From positions 64,001 through 128,000 of the forward strand of contig CAVVUS010000043.1 in the NCBI GenBank assembly GCA_963751345.1: a DNA stretch of 64,000 nt, read 5' to 3'. The stretch is from an uncultured Chloroflexia bacterium. Its GTDB lineage: Bacteria; Chloroflexota; Anaerolineae; B4-G1; SLSP01. Positions 39,953 through 49,519 of this stretch are shown here, in pieces. Within the stretch, counting starts at the first letter, position 1. Each line of letters opens with the position of its first letter. The notes below the pieces were generated by a model. That model saw only the letters and a program-made list of their open reading frames with translations, was not told where the DNA came from and searched no databases. A program made the translations under genes and the position numbers.

Positions 39953-40404
39953 TAAACCTCGATTGCTTCGACAGCCACTTTGATGTGGCCGCGCACGCCC
40001 CCCTCGAGCTTTAGCTCAACAGCATGATCACCCACATCACGAATCGGACGATCTAGCAATACCCATCGCTTGTCGAAATCCGCACCCAGTACGTGTGCGA
40101 CTCTCTCTGCAATGTCGGCCGACGTAATCGAACCGTAGAGGCGTCCCGTCTCGCCGGCCTTCACCTTGAAAGCAAGCACCTGGTCCTCGAGCTGGGCGGC
40201 GATCGCTTGAGCGCGTTCGCGGGCGCGATCTTCTTGCCGGCTCTCACTTTGGGCGTGCTGCTTTGCCGCATTGATCCGCCCCTCTGTCGCACGAACGGCT
40301 AGCCCGCGTGGCAATAGGTAGTTGCGCGCATAGCCATCACTAACCGCTACGACTTGCTGCGCCTTGCCTACGCCCGGAACATCCTTTTTCAAGAACACTT
40401 TCAT
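39952..40404 (-). CDS. rplI: 50S ribosomal protein L9
   Basis: 'MKVFLKKDV', 'GYARNYLLP', 'LYGSIT'. Confidence 0.97.
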   Translation of the reverse strand: MKVFLKKDVPGVGKAQQVVAVSDGYARNYLLPRGLAVRATEGRINAAKQHAQSESRQEDRARERAQAIAAQLEDQVLAFKVKAGETGRLYGSITSADIAERVAHVLGADFDKRWVLLDRPIRDVGDHAVELKLEGGVRGHIKVAVEAIEV

Positions 40405-40430
40405 TGAGTCCCTCCGGTCCGGAAAGTAGG

Positions 40431-40446
40431 TGTTTCACGTGAAACA
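40431..40446. promoter_or_regulatory. parS: parS centromere-like site
   Basis: Perfect 16-bp palindrome TGTTTCACGTGAAACA, the canonical chromosomal parS consensus. Confidence 0.92.
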
Positions 40447-40594
40447 CCCCTATCATATCGTATCAGGCCTCAAAGGCCAGAGGTCAGTCGGTCAACGTTC
40501 GAGCTCTGCAGATTATATCGTGTCTCACGTTGCGGCAAGAAGCAGCGCGGTTCCATGCATTGCTTCTGAGGTTGTTGCTCGGCTTGGCTGCTTA

Positions 40595-41131
40595 TCAGCC
40601 GAAGATGCGGGTCTGTATGACCAGGAGGATTCGATAGATTCTCTGCAACAGTGTAGGGTGTTCAACCATGCCAATGCCGGCCTGATACGTCGCCAGCCCT
40701 TCTTGTCGCCGCCCGGACCTGAACATAGAAAGGCCAAGAGCTAGCAGCGTGTCCCCCTGCTTCTGACGATCACCTAATTCCTGGAAGATCGATGCGGCCA
40801 CGCCCCACGAACGCTCGGCATCCTCACGTCGCTTCATCGAGGCATACACACTGGCGAGATTCCCCAAGGCCTGCGCTTGCCGCGCTTGATCGTCAATGCG
40901 CACAAACAATCGCTGGGCCTCCTCCAACGAATCAAGCGCTTCCTCCCAACGGCCTTGTTTCCGCCGAATGATGCCGATGTTATTCAGCATCTCCCCAACT
41001 TCCGCCTCTTGATCCTCTTCCGCGAAGGACTCCATCGCCTCACTGAATCGGCGCACCGCTTCATCGTAGAGACCTTCCTGGAAGAGACGCAGGCCCTCCT
41101 GTTGGAGCTCACTTGCCTTAGATTCGACCAT
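40595..41131 (-). CDS. TPR-repeat protein
   Basis: 'LNNIGII', 'LGNLASVY', 'LLALG' TPR repeats; ATG 41131 with AGGAG RBS. Confidence 0.85.
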   Translation of the reverse strand: MVESKASELQQEGLRLFQEGLYDEAVRRFSEAMESFAEEDQEAEVGEMLNNIGIIRRKQGRWEEALDSLEEAQRLFVRIDDQARQAQALGNLASVYASMKRREDAERSWGVAASIFQELGDRQKQGDTLLALGLSMFRSGRRQEGLATYQAGIGMVEHPTLLQRIYRILLVIQTRIFG

Positions 41132-41157
41132 ATGACTCCTTATCGCGGTCACGCCTA

Positions 41158-41835
41158 TCAGTACGTGATCTCGAGGATGCCCTCGGCAATCGCACGTAAC
41201 TCGCCTGCCGGCATCTGCGACAATTTCATAGCCAGCTCAAGGTAGCTCTGGTTGATCGGCTTGAGGACGAACTCGCGAACTTCCGCCGGCAGTTGGCTGA
41301 ACTGAGTGAACTGAGCGTGCTGCGTGTGCCACATCCCGACCTCGCTGTCGCGATCCATAAAGTAGTCCAGCGTCACCCCCATCCCGCGCCCGATGATTTC
41401 CAGATCAGCGACGGCGATCCCTCGTCGTCCGTATTCGTAGTCAGATATCGTCGATGCCGAACACCCCAGTAGTTCCGCGACATCCGCCTGGGTCCGCTCG
41501 GTCTCCTGGCGCAATTGGCGAAGTCGTGCTCCGACGATGCGATGACGCAGAGGCAAGAAGATCTCGGGATTGGGTAGCTGAGACTCCTTCGTGTCCTCAT
41601 TGAGCGAATCTGTGCCCCGGAAGGTCGCCAACGGAGCTTCGAGATATCGAGCCAAGAGCTCAAGTTCGGGAAGTGAGACGGCCCGAGTTCCATCCTCGTA
41701 GCTCGCCAAGCGACTCACCGAGATCCCCAGCGCGGCCGCACATTCACGCCGCGAGGCATGCGCCTGATCACGAACGCTACGAATCATGATTCCTAGAATG
41801 CGGTTGCGTAACTCGCTGATCTCTTGATCCGCCAT
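41158..41835 (-). CDS. XRE-family regulator with two tandem HTH domains
   Basis: 'SRRECAAALGIS...YEDG' and 'TQADVAELLGCS...YEYG'. Confidence 0.88.
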   Translation of the reverse strand: MADQEISELRNRILGIMIRSVRDQAHASRRECAAALGISVSRLASYEDGTRAVSLPELELLARYLEAPLATFRGTDSLNEDTKESQLPNPEIFLPLRHRIVGARLRQLRQETERTQADVAELLGCSASTISDYEYGRRGIAVADLEIIGRGMGVTLDYFMDRDSEVGMWHTQHAQFTQFSQLPAEVREFVLKPINQSYLELAMKLSQMPAGELRAIAEGILEITY

Positions 41836-42000
41836 AGCTACTCCTTCTGCGCAGATTCAATAAGCACAAATACAAGATTACTGCAAGAATCAGTGCTACG
41901 GGGTGCGGCATAACAATCGCCCCAGACAGATTTCATTATAGCATAGTCCAACTGGGCCAACAAACCGGAGGCGTCGGGAACGCAATGGGGGACTTCTCAC

Positions 42001-42420
42001 TTATCTGCAGACTTATCCACAGAGGGGCATGCCCCAAGGAATAGGGATGTTACCACCTCTCTCCCCCAGGACTGGGACCATGGCCTTTGAAAGGCGCCTC
42101 ATGCGACGGTCTCGGTTGAGCAAAGCTGTGGAGAAACCCCCTGTTTTCCGTGGAAAACTGTTCAGAATCGGGGAGAACTAGGGTCATTCCCAACAGCTGA
42201 CGTCACCCTCAAGGCGTCTCCGCTCACTCCTTCTGAGACCTCAATCTCAGTGGTTCGGCTGCTTCCACGCACACACTCTCCACATGAAATCGCGGGCAGC
42301 TTTCCGTGGATCTGGGCCATGGGGACTGGGGGTGTCCCCACATCTTGGGAAAATCACGAGTTTTCCACACAATCCCATGCCCTACTACGAAGACTATCTC
42401 TTATGTTTACCTTACTCCAA
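42001..42420. other. oriC: putative replication origin oriC (DnaA boxes plus DnaA-trios)
   Basis: TTATCCACA (42013), TGTGGAGAA (42127), CGTGGAAAA (42149), CTCTCCACA (42276), TTTTCCACA (42361) followed by GCCC-TACTACGAAGACTAT; nearby parS; gene-orientation switch. Confidence 0.78.
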
Positions 42421-42520
42421 AATCCATGAATAGGGTCAAATCAGAAGAAACCTGCAGGCCAAAGACCGGTGGTTGGCGAGCGTACATTGCTGATGATCGG
42501 CTTCAATGTGAAGGGCGGGC

Positions 42521-42557
42521 AATAAAGAGAGCCTTTCTCCGATTAGAGAAAGGCTCT
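42521..42557 (-). terminator. intrinsic terminator after tRNA-Glu
   Basis: Perfect 12-bp stem AGAGCCTTTCTC/GAGAAAGGCTCT followed by CTTTATT. Confidence 0.8.
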
Positions 42558-42558
42558 A

Positions 42559-42631
42559 TGGCCCCAGGGGAAGTCGAATCCCCGTTTCCGGCTTGAGAGG
42601 CCAGCGTCCTAGACCACTAGACGATGGGGCC
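42559..42631 (-). tRNA. tRNA-Glu (CTC), CCA not encoded
   Basis: GGCCCCA...TGGGGCCA acceptor stem; anticodon arm CTGGC-CTCTCAA-GCCGG; T-loop TTCGACT. Confidence 0.95.
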
Positions 42632-42643
42632 CCAACGGCAGTC

Positions 42644-42671
42644 ATTGTAACCGATACGACTTTGCTGTCAA
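42644..42671 (-). promoter_or_regulatory. sigma70 promoter of tRNA-Glu
   Basis: TTGACA-16 bp-TACAAT, ending 12 nt upstream of the tRNA. Confidence 0.75.
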
Positions 42672-42703
42672 GTTGCTGCAGCGTGAGCCTCGCTGGATCA
42701 GTT

Positions 42704-42732
42704 TTGACATGTCATCTGCTCCTTCGTATAAT
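42704..42732 (+). promoter_or_regulatory. consensus sigma70 promoter for the ECF sigma gene
   Basis: TTGACA-17 bp-TATAAT, exact consensus. Confidence 0.85.
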
Positions 42733-42779
42733 CTCTTGCGTGAGTTATTACATCAAGTGTATGTCCGACGCGTGGTGCT

Positions 42780-43427
42780 ATGGCCTCCGATACGGAACGC
42801 AGTAATGAGGAGTGGCTGCAAGCGTTGCAGGGATCTCCGCGCCCCCAGGCGTTGGACGATCTCCGGGATCGGTTGTTGCGTGGGTTGCGCTACGCCCTCA
42901 AACAGCGGTATCACATAACCGAGTCGGATCTGGAGGATTTCGTCCAGGAAGCGTTGGTCAAGATCCTCGACAATCTGGATACTTTTCGAGGCGAAAGCAA
43001 GTTCACGACGTGGGCTCAGAAGATTGCTGTGCGGGTGGCGTTCTCTGAATTACGTCGAAAGCGCTGGGAGAATATCGCGCTGCAGGATCTCGTCCCGGAT
43101 GACACCTCGGATAGTGCGTCTTCGGAGTCGTCCCCCCTAAGTTGGATTCCCTCTTCGGAGCCTACACCCGAACGCCAGGTGACGCAGCAGGACCTCAGGG
43201 TCCTCTTGGCCGACCTGATCGAACACGAACTGACGGATCTCCAACGTCGTGCCGTCGTGGCCGTGATCTTGAACGAAATGCCGATAGAGGAGGTTGCGAG
43301 GCGAATGGGCAGCAATCGCAACGCTTTGTACAAGTTGCTCCACGATGCCCGGCAACGACTCAAGGTGCGTCTTGAGGCGCAAGGCATATCCGTTGAAGAG
43401 GTCTTTGCATCCTTCGCGTCAGAATAG
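42780..43427 (+). CDS. ECF sigma-70 factor
   Basis: Region 2 'EDFVQEA...FRGESKFTTW'; region 4 'EEVARRMGSNRNALYKLLHDAR'. Confidence 0.92.
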   Translation: MASDTERSNEEWLQALQGSPRPQALDDLRDRLLRGLRYALKQRYHITESDLEDFVQEALVKILDNLDTFRGESKFTTWAQKIAVRVAFSELRRKRWENIALQDLVPDDTSDSASSESSPLSWIPSSEPTPERQVTQQDLRVLLADLIEHELTDLQRRAVVAVILNEMPIEEVARRMGSNRNALYKLLHDARQRLKVRLEAQGISVEEVFASFASE

Positions 43428-43532
43428 CGCATCTGGGCGAAGAGTGTCGCCGATTCTCCCCGGTCTGGTACAGTCTTGGTAAGATCCGGTCTTTGGTTGG
43501 CGTCATAACTATGGACAAGGCATTGATAGTCA

Positions 43533-43778
43533 ATGATGAGTTTAGAGTCTAAGAAGCTCCAGCACCTGGTGCGCGACATCCTCACCACACAGACCGACGA
43601 AATCGGGTGTGACACGTGTTTCGCCCAGTTGGATCTCTTTGTTGAGATGATCCTCACAGGTCAGGACGCAGCCTCTGCGATGCCGTTGGTGCAAGCACAT
43701 CTGGATCGCTGCATTGCGTGTCGCGAGGAGTTTGAGGCATTGCTCTTCGCATTGAAATACCTCTCCCAACAGTCTTAG
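43533..43778 (+). CDS. small soluble zinc-finger (ZAS/zf-HC2-like) putative anti-sigma factor
   Basis: HxxxCxxC 'HLDRCIAC' plus N-terminal 'CDTC'; directly after the ECF gene. Confidence 0.8.
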   Translation: MMSLESKKLQHLVRDILTTQTDEIGCDTCFAQLDLFVEMILTGQDAASAMPLVQAHLDRCIACREEFEALLFALKYLSQQS

Positions 43779-44114
43779 CCTCTGATTCCGTTCCTCTGAT
43801 TCTGGCTTAGCGCTCTGGCTCCTATTGAGTGGATATCGCTATACCCGCGCTGCCTGGTGCAACTTAGGCCCAACCTTGTGCACCAAATGCAACGAGTACC
43901 AACGCAAGCCACACCTCTGACGCGTAAGTTCCATGATACGCTGGATGCGTTGTCAATACTCAGTGACCACCCAGACAGAGCGGTCCGCTCAAGACTGAAC
44001 AAACCCAATACCGATGCCCCGGCGTTACCAATAGCGTGCCGCAGTCGGGGTGCCAGCCCGGCTATGGGGTGCATGAGCTCTAGTGTTGCTCAGTTTCTGT
44101 CGTCATGATGTCGA

Positions 44115-44164
44115 TTCTGGGCGCGTCCACCCAGTCTTCTGGGCGCGCTGCACTTCTGGGCGCG
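44115..44164 (+). repeat. three direct 11-bp repeats TTCTGGGCGCG
   Basis: Exact copies at 44115, 44137 and 44154. Confidence 0.75.
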
Positions 44165-44221
44165 TGCATTCGAGCCGAACGTCAGAGGGGCCGCCGTTCC
44201 CATCTCTACAAAAGCAGGCGC

Positions 44222-44250
44222 TGGACAGGGTTCAATCCCGAGTATATGAT
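44222..44250 (+). promoter_or_regulatory. putative sigma70 promoter for the act-nuo cluster
   Basis: TGGACA-17 bp-TATGAT upstream of actA. Confidence 0.5.
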
Positions 44251-44388
44251 GGCAGTCACCAGATGGTAGTCTGCTTCATATCTACGTGGGAAGCCGCCGT
44301 GCGGGGCCCTGCTGCTTCTCTACAATGACGGGCGCGTCGGTGGGAGAATTGCCCAGTGCTTACGACGGTGGGCGCGACAGGAGGAGGC

Positions 44389-44925
44389 ATGTCACTCACG
44401 CATCTCATATCGGGGCTGTTGCGCAAATCGAACGTGGGCTGGATGGGCGGGCTTCATCGTCCTGATCGGCGTATGTCTCGGTGTGACCTCGTGTACCCCT
44501 AGTGCACCACAACAGCCTATCCCATTCAATCACGAAGCCATGGTTCAGAAGGGAATGGCGTGTCTATTCTGCCACGTCGATGCTACGAGATCACCCGCTG
44601 CGGGGATGCCGAGTATGGAACGGTGTATGGGATGCCACGGCACTATCTATGCGGACCATCCGGCTATACAAGCCCTGGCTAGCTATTGGGAGCGAGGCGA
44701 ACCGGTGCCCTGGACACGCGTTAATCAACTTCCACGCTTTGTGTATTTCAGCCATCAGGGTGCACGTGAATGCGGCGCTTTAACTGTGAGCGATGCCACG
44801 GGGATGTCGGACACATGCAGGAGGCGCGCCCGGTGGTGCGGATGAACATGGGCTGGTGCCTGAGCTGCCACGAAACGCAACCCAACGCGGCGCAGTTGAG
44901 AGACTGTGTCGTCTGCCATCAGTAG
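44389..44925 (+). CDS. actA: pentaheme cytochrome c, ActA/QrcA-like (frameshifts)
   Basis: GGAGGAGG RBS; 'QPIPFNH', CLFCH, CMGCH, 'VYFSH..H', CERCH, 'MNMGWCLSCH', CVVCH across frames. Confidence 0.85.
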
Positions 44926-44934
44926 GGGGACTCG

Positions 44935-47161
44935 ATGCCACACAGTGTGACACGTCGCGACTTTCTCAAGATCGGTGCGCTCGGGTTGGCCTCTGCGGTC
45001 CTGACAGGATGTCAGAAGTCCCGTCGGTGGGTCAGCCTGGAACCCTACGTGCGTCCACCGGAAGAGCAATTGGCAGGCGTGGCGACGTGGTATGCGAGCA
45101 CGTGTCGGCAGTGTCCCGCCGGCTGTGGCATTATCGTGCGCACGATGAATGGACGCGCGCTGAAGATCGAGGGGAACCCTGAGCACCCTTTGAACGAGGG
45201 CCGGCTCTGTCCGCGGGGGCAAGCAGGGCTGCAGGTCCTCTATAATCCGGATCGGCTGTCCGGGCCGGTGCAGCAGGCCGAGCGCGGAGGACGGCAATTC
45301 AAGCCGATTTCGTGGGATGCGGCGCTCAACACGCTCTATTCGCAGGTCTCGCAGGCGGGCAGCAAGGTGGCGATTCTGGGCCGGACGACGATGTCAGGGC
45401 ATCTGTACGATCTCTTCCAGCGGTTTGCGACCGCCGTGGGCGCGCCCTCTCCGGTACTCTTCGACCTCTACGGCGTGTTGAGTGGTCGGCGGCTGTCGGA
45501 GGATACGGACCAATCTCTCTTTGGGACGGCATCTATGCCGGTCTACGATCTGGCCCGCGCGGAGATGATCCTGTCGTTCGGTGCGGATCTCTTCGGTGCG
45601 GGTCTTTCTGCCGTCTACTACGGGAAGGGATACGGGGCTTTCCGCAGTCGAGCCGCTGGGCGAGCGAGGCTATCTCGTACAGCTTGAGCCGCGACTGTCG
45701 ACGACGGGCGCGGTGGCCGATCTCTGGCATCCGATCCGACCTGCCTCCGAGGGGTTGGTGGCGCAGGCGCTGGTGCAGATCATTGCGGATCAGGCGCTTG
45801 GTCCTGCCGATTGGGTGGCGAGGGCACGCGCCTGGGCTGCGGGCGTTGATGTGGGCAGCGTGGCAGATGCGAGCGGCCTGTCTTCCGCTGCACTGGAGGC
45901 GCTTGCCCGCCGGTTTGTTAGTGTGTCGCAGCCGCTCGCGATCCCTGGCCCGGGGCTGTCGGGGCAGGATAGCGCAGTAGCTGCGGCAGAGGCTGTACAG
46001 GTTCTGAATATCGTGAGTGGCGTCGCTGGGAGTAATAGCGGCGGGGAACTCCTTGCCCTTTCGAACGATTCCCCGGTCTCCAGCCTGGTGAAGTCCCCCG
46101 AAGCCTCCTACGTGGAGATGCAGGCGCTCACAGATCGAATGCGCAGTGGCGATGTCCAGATGCTGTTGATCCACGAGGCCAATCCCGTTCAAAGTCTGCA
46201 GGGAATGGTCGGGTTTGTGGAAGCACTCGGCCACGTGCCCTACGTGGTCTCATTCAGCCCGATGGTGGATGAGACGAGCGTCTGGGCCGATATGATCCTT
46301 CCTGACCACACCTATCTGGAATCGTGGGGATACGAGGTGGTGTCGCCGGACGGCGGGTCGCCGATCGTCGGGAGCCAGCAGCCTGTGGTTACGCCGCTGT
46401 ACGACACGCGGGCGACGGGTGACGTGCTCTTGACGGTCGCACAGGGAATTGCGGCGGCCAAGAGCGCGCTCTCGTGGAACGACGAGGTGACCTTCCTGCA
46501 GGAGATGGTCGGCGCGCTGCCGAGAGGGTGCCGCGGGTGGCCAGGATAAGGATGTGCGTTGGGCCCGCTTCCTACAGCATGGCGGGTGGTGGCCGGCTAC
46601 ACAGAGTGGCGCGTCGGCCTCTATCTCCCGGGGCGCCGAAGGCGATCAGTGTGTCGCTGCCATCGTTCCAGGGAGATGCTCAGGAGTTCCCTTACTATCT
46701 GCATCTCTATATGTCCAGCCTGCTCAGCGATGGACGCGGTGCCAGCCAAACCTGGCTGCAGGGGGTCCCCGATCCGATGACGACGATCGCGTGGCAGACG
46801 TGGGTGGAGCTCAATCCGAGCACGGCTGCGGACCTGGGGGTGCAGGATGGGGATCTTGTCGTGGTACGTCCCCTACGGGGAGATTGAGATACCTGTGTAT
46901 GTCTATCCGGCGATTCGTCCCGGACACGGTCGTCGATCCCCGTGGGACAGGGGCACGCGGACTATGGAAGGTATGCGCGGGGTCGGGGGGCCGACGCGAT
47001 GCGGCTGGTCGGATCCTCTCCCGGGGGGGAGAGGAAACCTGAGATGGGCCACGCTTCGCGTGAAGATCGAGCCGACGGGCAAAAATGTGAAGGTGGCGAT
47101 GTTTGAAAACAAGATCGGGGTGACCGAAGGGTTTGTCAACGAGTCGTTCCCTGGAGAGTGA
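44935..47161 (+). CDS. molybdopterin-oxidoreductase-like subunit ActB1/QrcB (Tat lipoprotein; several frameshifts)
   Basis: 'VTRRDFLK' Tat plus 'LTGC' lipobox; 'STCRQCPAGCG...KIEGNPEHP...LCPRGQ'; 'DETS..AD.ILPDHTYLESWG'; 'WLQGVPDPMT..W'. Confidence 0.85.
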
Positions 47162-47162
47162 G

Positions 47163-47872
47163 ATGGCGTTTCCCAACCGCAAATGGACGATGGTGATCGA
47201 TCTCGACAAGTGCACGGGGTGCGGTGCGTGTGTGGTGGCCTGCCACGCCGAGAACAACGTACCTATCGTGTCCGAGAGGGAGGTCAATCGGGGCCGCGCG
47301 ATGCATTGGATTCACATCGAGCGGTATTGGGAGGGGGAGTACCCCGATATCAGGGCGCGGTTTCTGCCGGTATTGTGTCAACAGTGTGGGAGAGCGCCCT
47401 GTGAGCCGGTCTGCCCGGTCTACGCTACGCAGCATAGCGAGCGGGAAAACATGAACCTGCAGGTCTACAATCGGTGCGTGGGGACCCGCTATTGTCAGAA
47501 CAACGATCCGTACAAGGTGAGGTTCTTCAACTTCTTCGATCCGGTCTTCGATGCGCCATTGGAGCAACAACTCAACCCTGACGTGACGGTGCGGAGCGCC
47601 GGAGTGATGGAGAAGTGCACGTTCTGTGTGCAGCGTATCCGCCGGGCAGAGGAGCGGGCGCTCGTGGAGGATCGCAGTTTGAGGGATGGGGAGGCTGTGC
47701 CCGCTTGCGTACAGACGTGCCCGCCTGGCGCCCTGGTCTTTGGGGATCTCGATCGTCACCAGAAACAGCGCGGTCTCGATATTTCGCTTGATCATAACTC
47801 TATGAATTCAAGCTTCTAATCACCTGGGGTACACAGCCGTCGGTGGTGTACCTGAAGGGAGGGGACTCCTAA
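47163..47872 (+). CDS. four-cluster Fe-S subunit ActB2/QrcC (3' end corrupted)
   Basis: 'CTGCGACVVACHAENN', 'CQQC..APCEPVCP', 'YNRCVGTRYC', 'GVMEKCTFC', 'CVQTCP'; ends 'LGTQPSVVYLKG'. Confidence 0.88.
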
Positions 47873-49518
47873 TGGCAGAGTCTGACGTGCCTCGGAAGGA
47901 GTCCGGCGCCTGGGACGGCGTCTCTGCGCCGTGGGCGACGGGGTCTAGTTTTTTCCGCCCTTCCTCTGCGCAGGAGGCGGTGGCGCTAGACAGAGCCGCA
48001 CCTCACGATGGATATAAGAGGAAGAGAGAGTCTTCGCCACGTGCATCTGCTTGCGGACCGTGTGCGGACGATGATCCTGATACGGGACTTGCTGGAAGCT
48101 CGATGTAACGGACCGGGCTCCGTCGTCCCGGGGACCCGGTGGTGATCCTCGGGGGCCGGGTGCTCACATGGGGATTTGTTGGTGTTTATCATATGTGGCG
48201 GGGTATTGTAGTATTACTGCCTGACGCTCGGTCGGTGACGCGGGCGCTGTGAAGATCGCGTCTTTTGCGTACTTCATCGGTATTGGCTCATCCAGGGACG
48301 TTCATCTCCTCGTGAGCTTTCCGGGCGCTGAATTGAAGCGGCGACGTTCGATTCAGCCGGGCTGCGGAGAGAATGCTGACGGTCTTTGTGCTGCGATTAC
48401 AGCGGCGATGTTCCCCCGGTTCACCTCGGGCGCATGTGGAAGCGACTGGCTGTTCCCTCACCCGAACGTGCGACAGCTTTGGGCTGGGTTCCACTCTCCT
48501 CCTGATGTGGGACTTGTCAACAGCGCATCATGACTGATCGCCTTGAGCTGGATCATGGCTTTTCGTTTGGACCTGGCTGTCGCCCGATTCCGCCACAAAT
48601 GCCCGCGGGATAAGCTGCTGCGCTACCAGATTAAAGGACAGCCGACAGATCGATGACAAAGCCAAGCGTGGGACCCTCGGCTGGTTGAGCAGTTCTGGCG
48701 ACACACGTTGCAACGGCTGCTTGCGTCGGGGGCGGGCGCGACGGCGCAATGGTCTACACAGGGAACGGTGCTGTACACCTTCAGCTACGCTCGCATCCGC
48801 CTCAATGTTCTCGGTCAACACCATCGTCTCGCTGTGGGACTTTGCAACTGCCTCAGAGACCGGGAGCGGATACATAACGGTCTTTGGCCTCGATTCCGTG
48901 GTCGGGGCGCTTTTCTCCGGCGCGGGTGCCGTGATCATCGTTCTAGCGATCTTGCGGAAGATGATGCACCTGGAGTACTATCTGCGGCCGGAGCACTTCA
49001 ATGGCATGGGCATATTCCTGCTGTTGCTTTCCTTGACTTGGGCCTATTTCTACTTCAATGATTACCTGGCCCCGTGGTATGGGCAGGGCCCGGTTGAAAA
49101 AGTGATACAGACCTTGCTGTCCAGTGGTTGGGCGGCACCGTTGTGGTTCTTGATGATCTTCTCCAACGTCGTGTTGCCGTGGGCGACACTCTGGTCGAAG
49201 AAGATTCGGCGCTCGATCGGCGCATTGTTTTTCGTTTCGGTGTTTGTCCAGGTTGGGATGTACCTGGAGCGCTACATCATCATCCCGGTGTCGCTAGGGC
49301 GTAACGAACTGCCCTTTAGCTGGGGCAAATACACCCCGTTCTTGCCTGAGATCCTGATCACACTGGGAGCGTTCTCACTGGTAGGTTTTCTCTACGTATT
49401 GTTTTCCAGAATCATCCCTATCATTCCCATTTGGGAAGTCCGGGAGGGGCAGTTGCTACACGGCTGGCGCCAGATTGGTGGTGAGCTGATACAGACGAGC
49501 GCCGAACCGGAGGATTAG
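47872..49518 (+). CDS. actC: NrfD/PsrC-family quinol-binding membrane subunit ActC (5' half heavily corrupted)
   Basis: Remnants 'IASFAYFIGIG', 'FPHPN.RQLW..FHSP'; intact 3' half 'IVS.WDFA', 'GALFSG', 'AYFYFND', 'GMYLER', 'P.IPIWEV'. Confidence 0.75.
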
Positions 49519-49519
49519 G

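Noticed and set aside
43775-44328. Short ORFs between the anti-sigma gene and actA
   Set aside because: No RBS, motifs or typical composition; treated as unexplained intergenic or regulatory DNA
42559-44388. Genomic island integrated at tRNA-Glu
   Set aside because: No integrase and no duplicated tRNA 3' end; the tRNA is followed directly by its terminator
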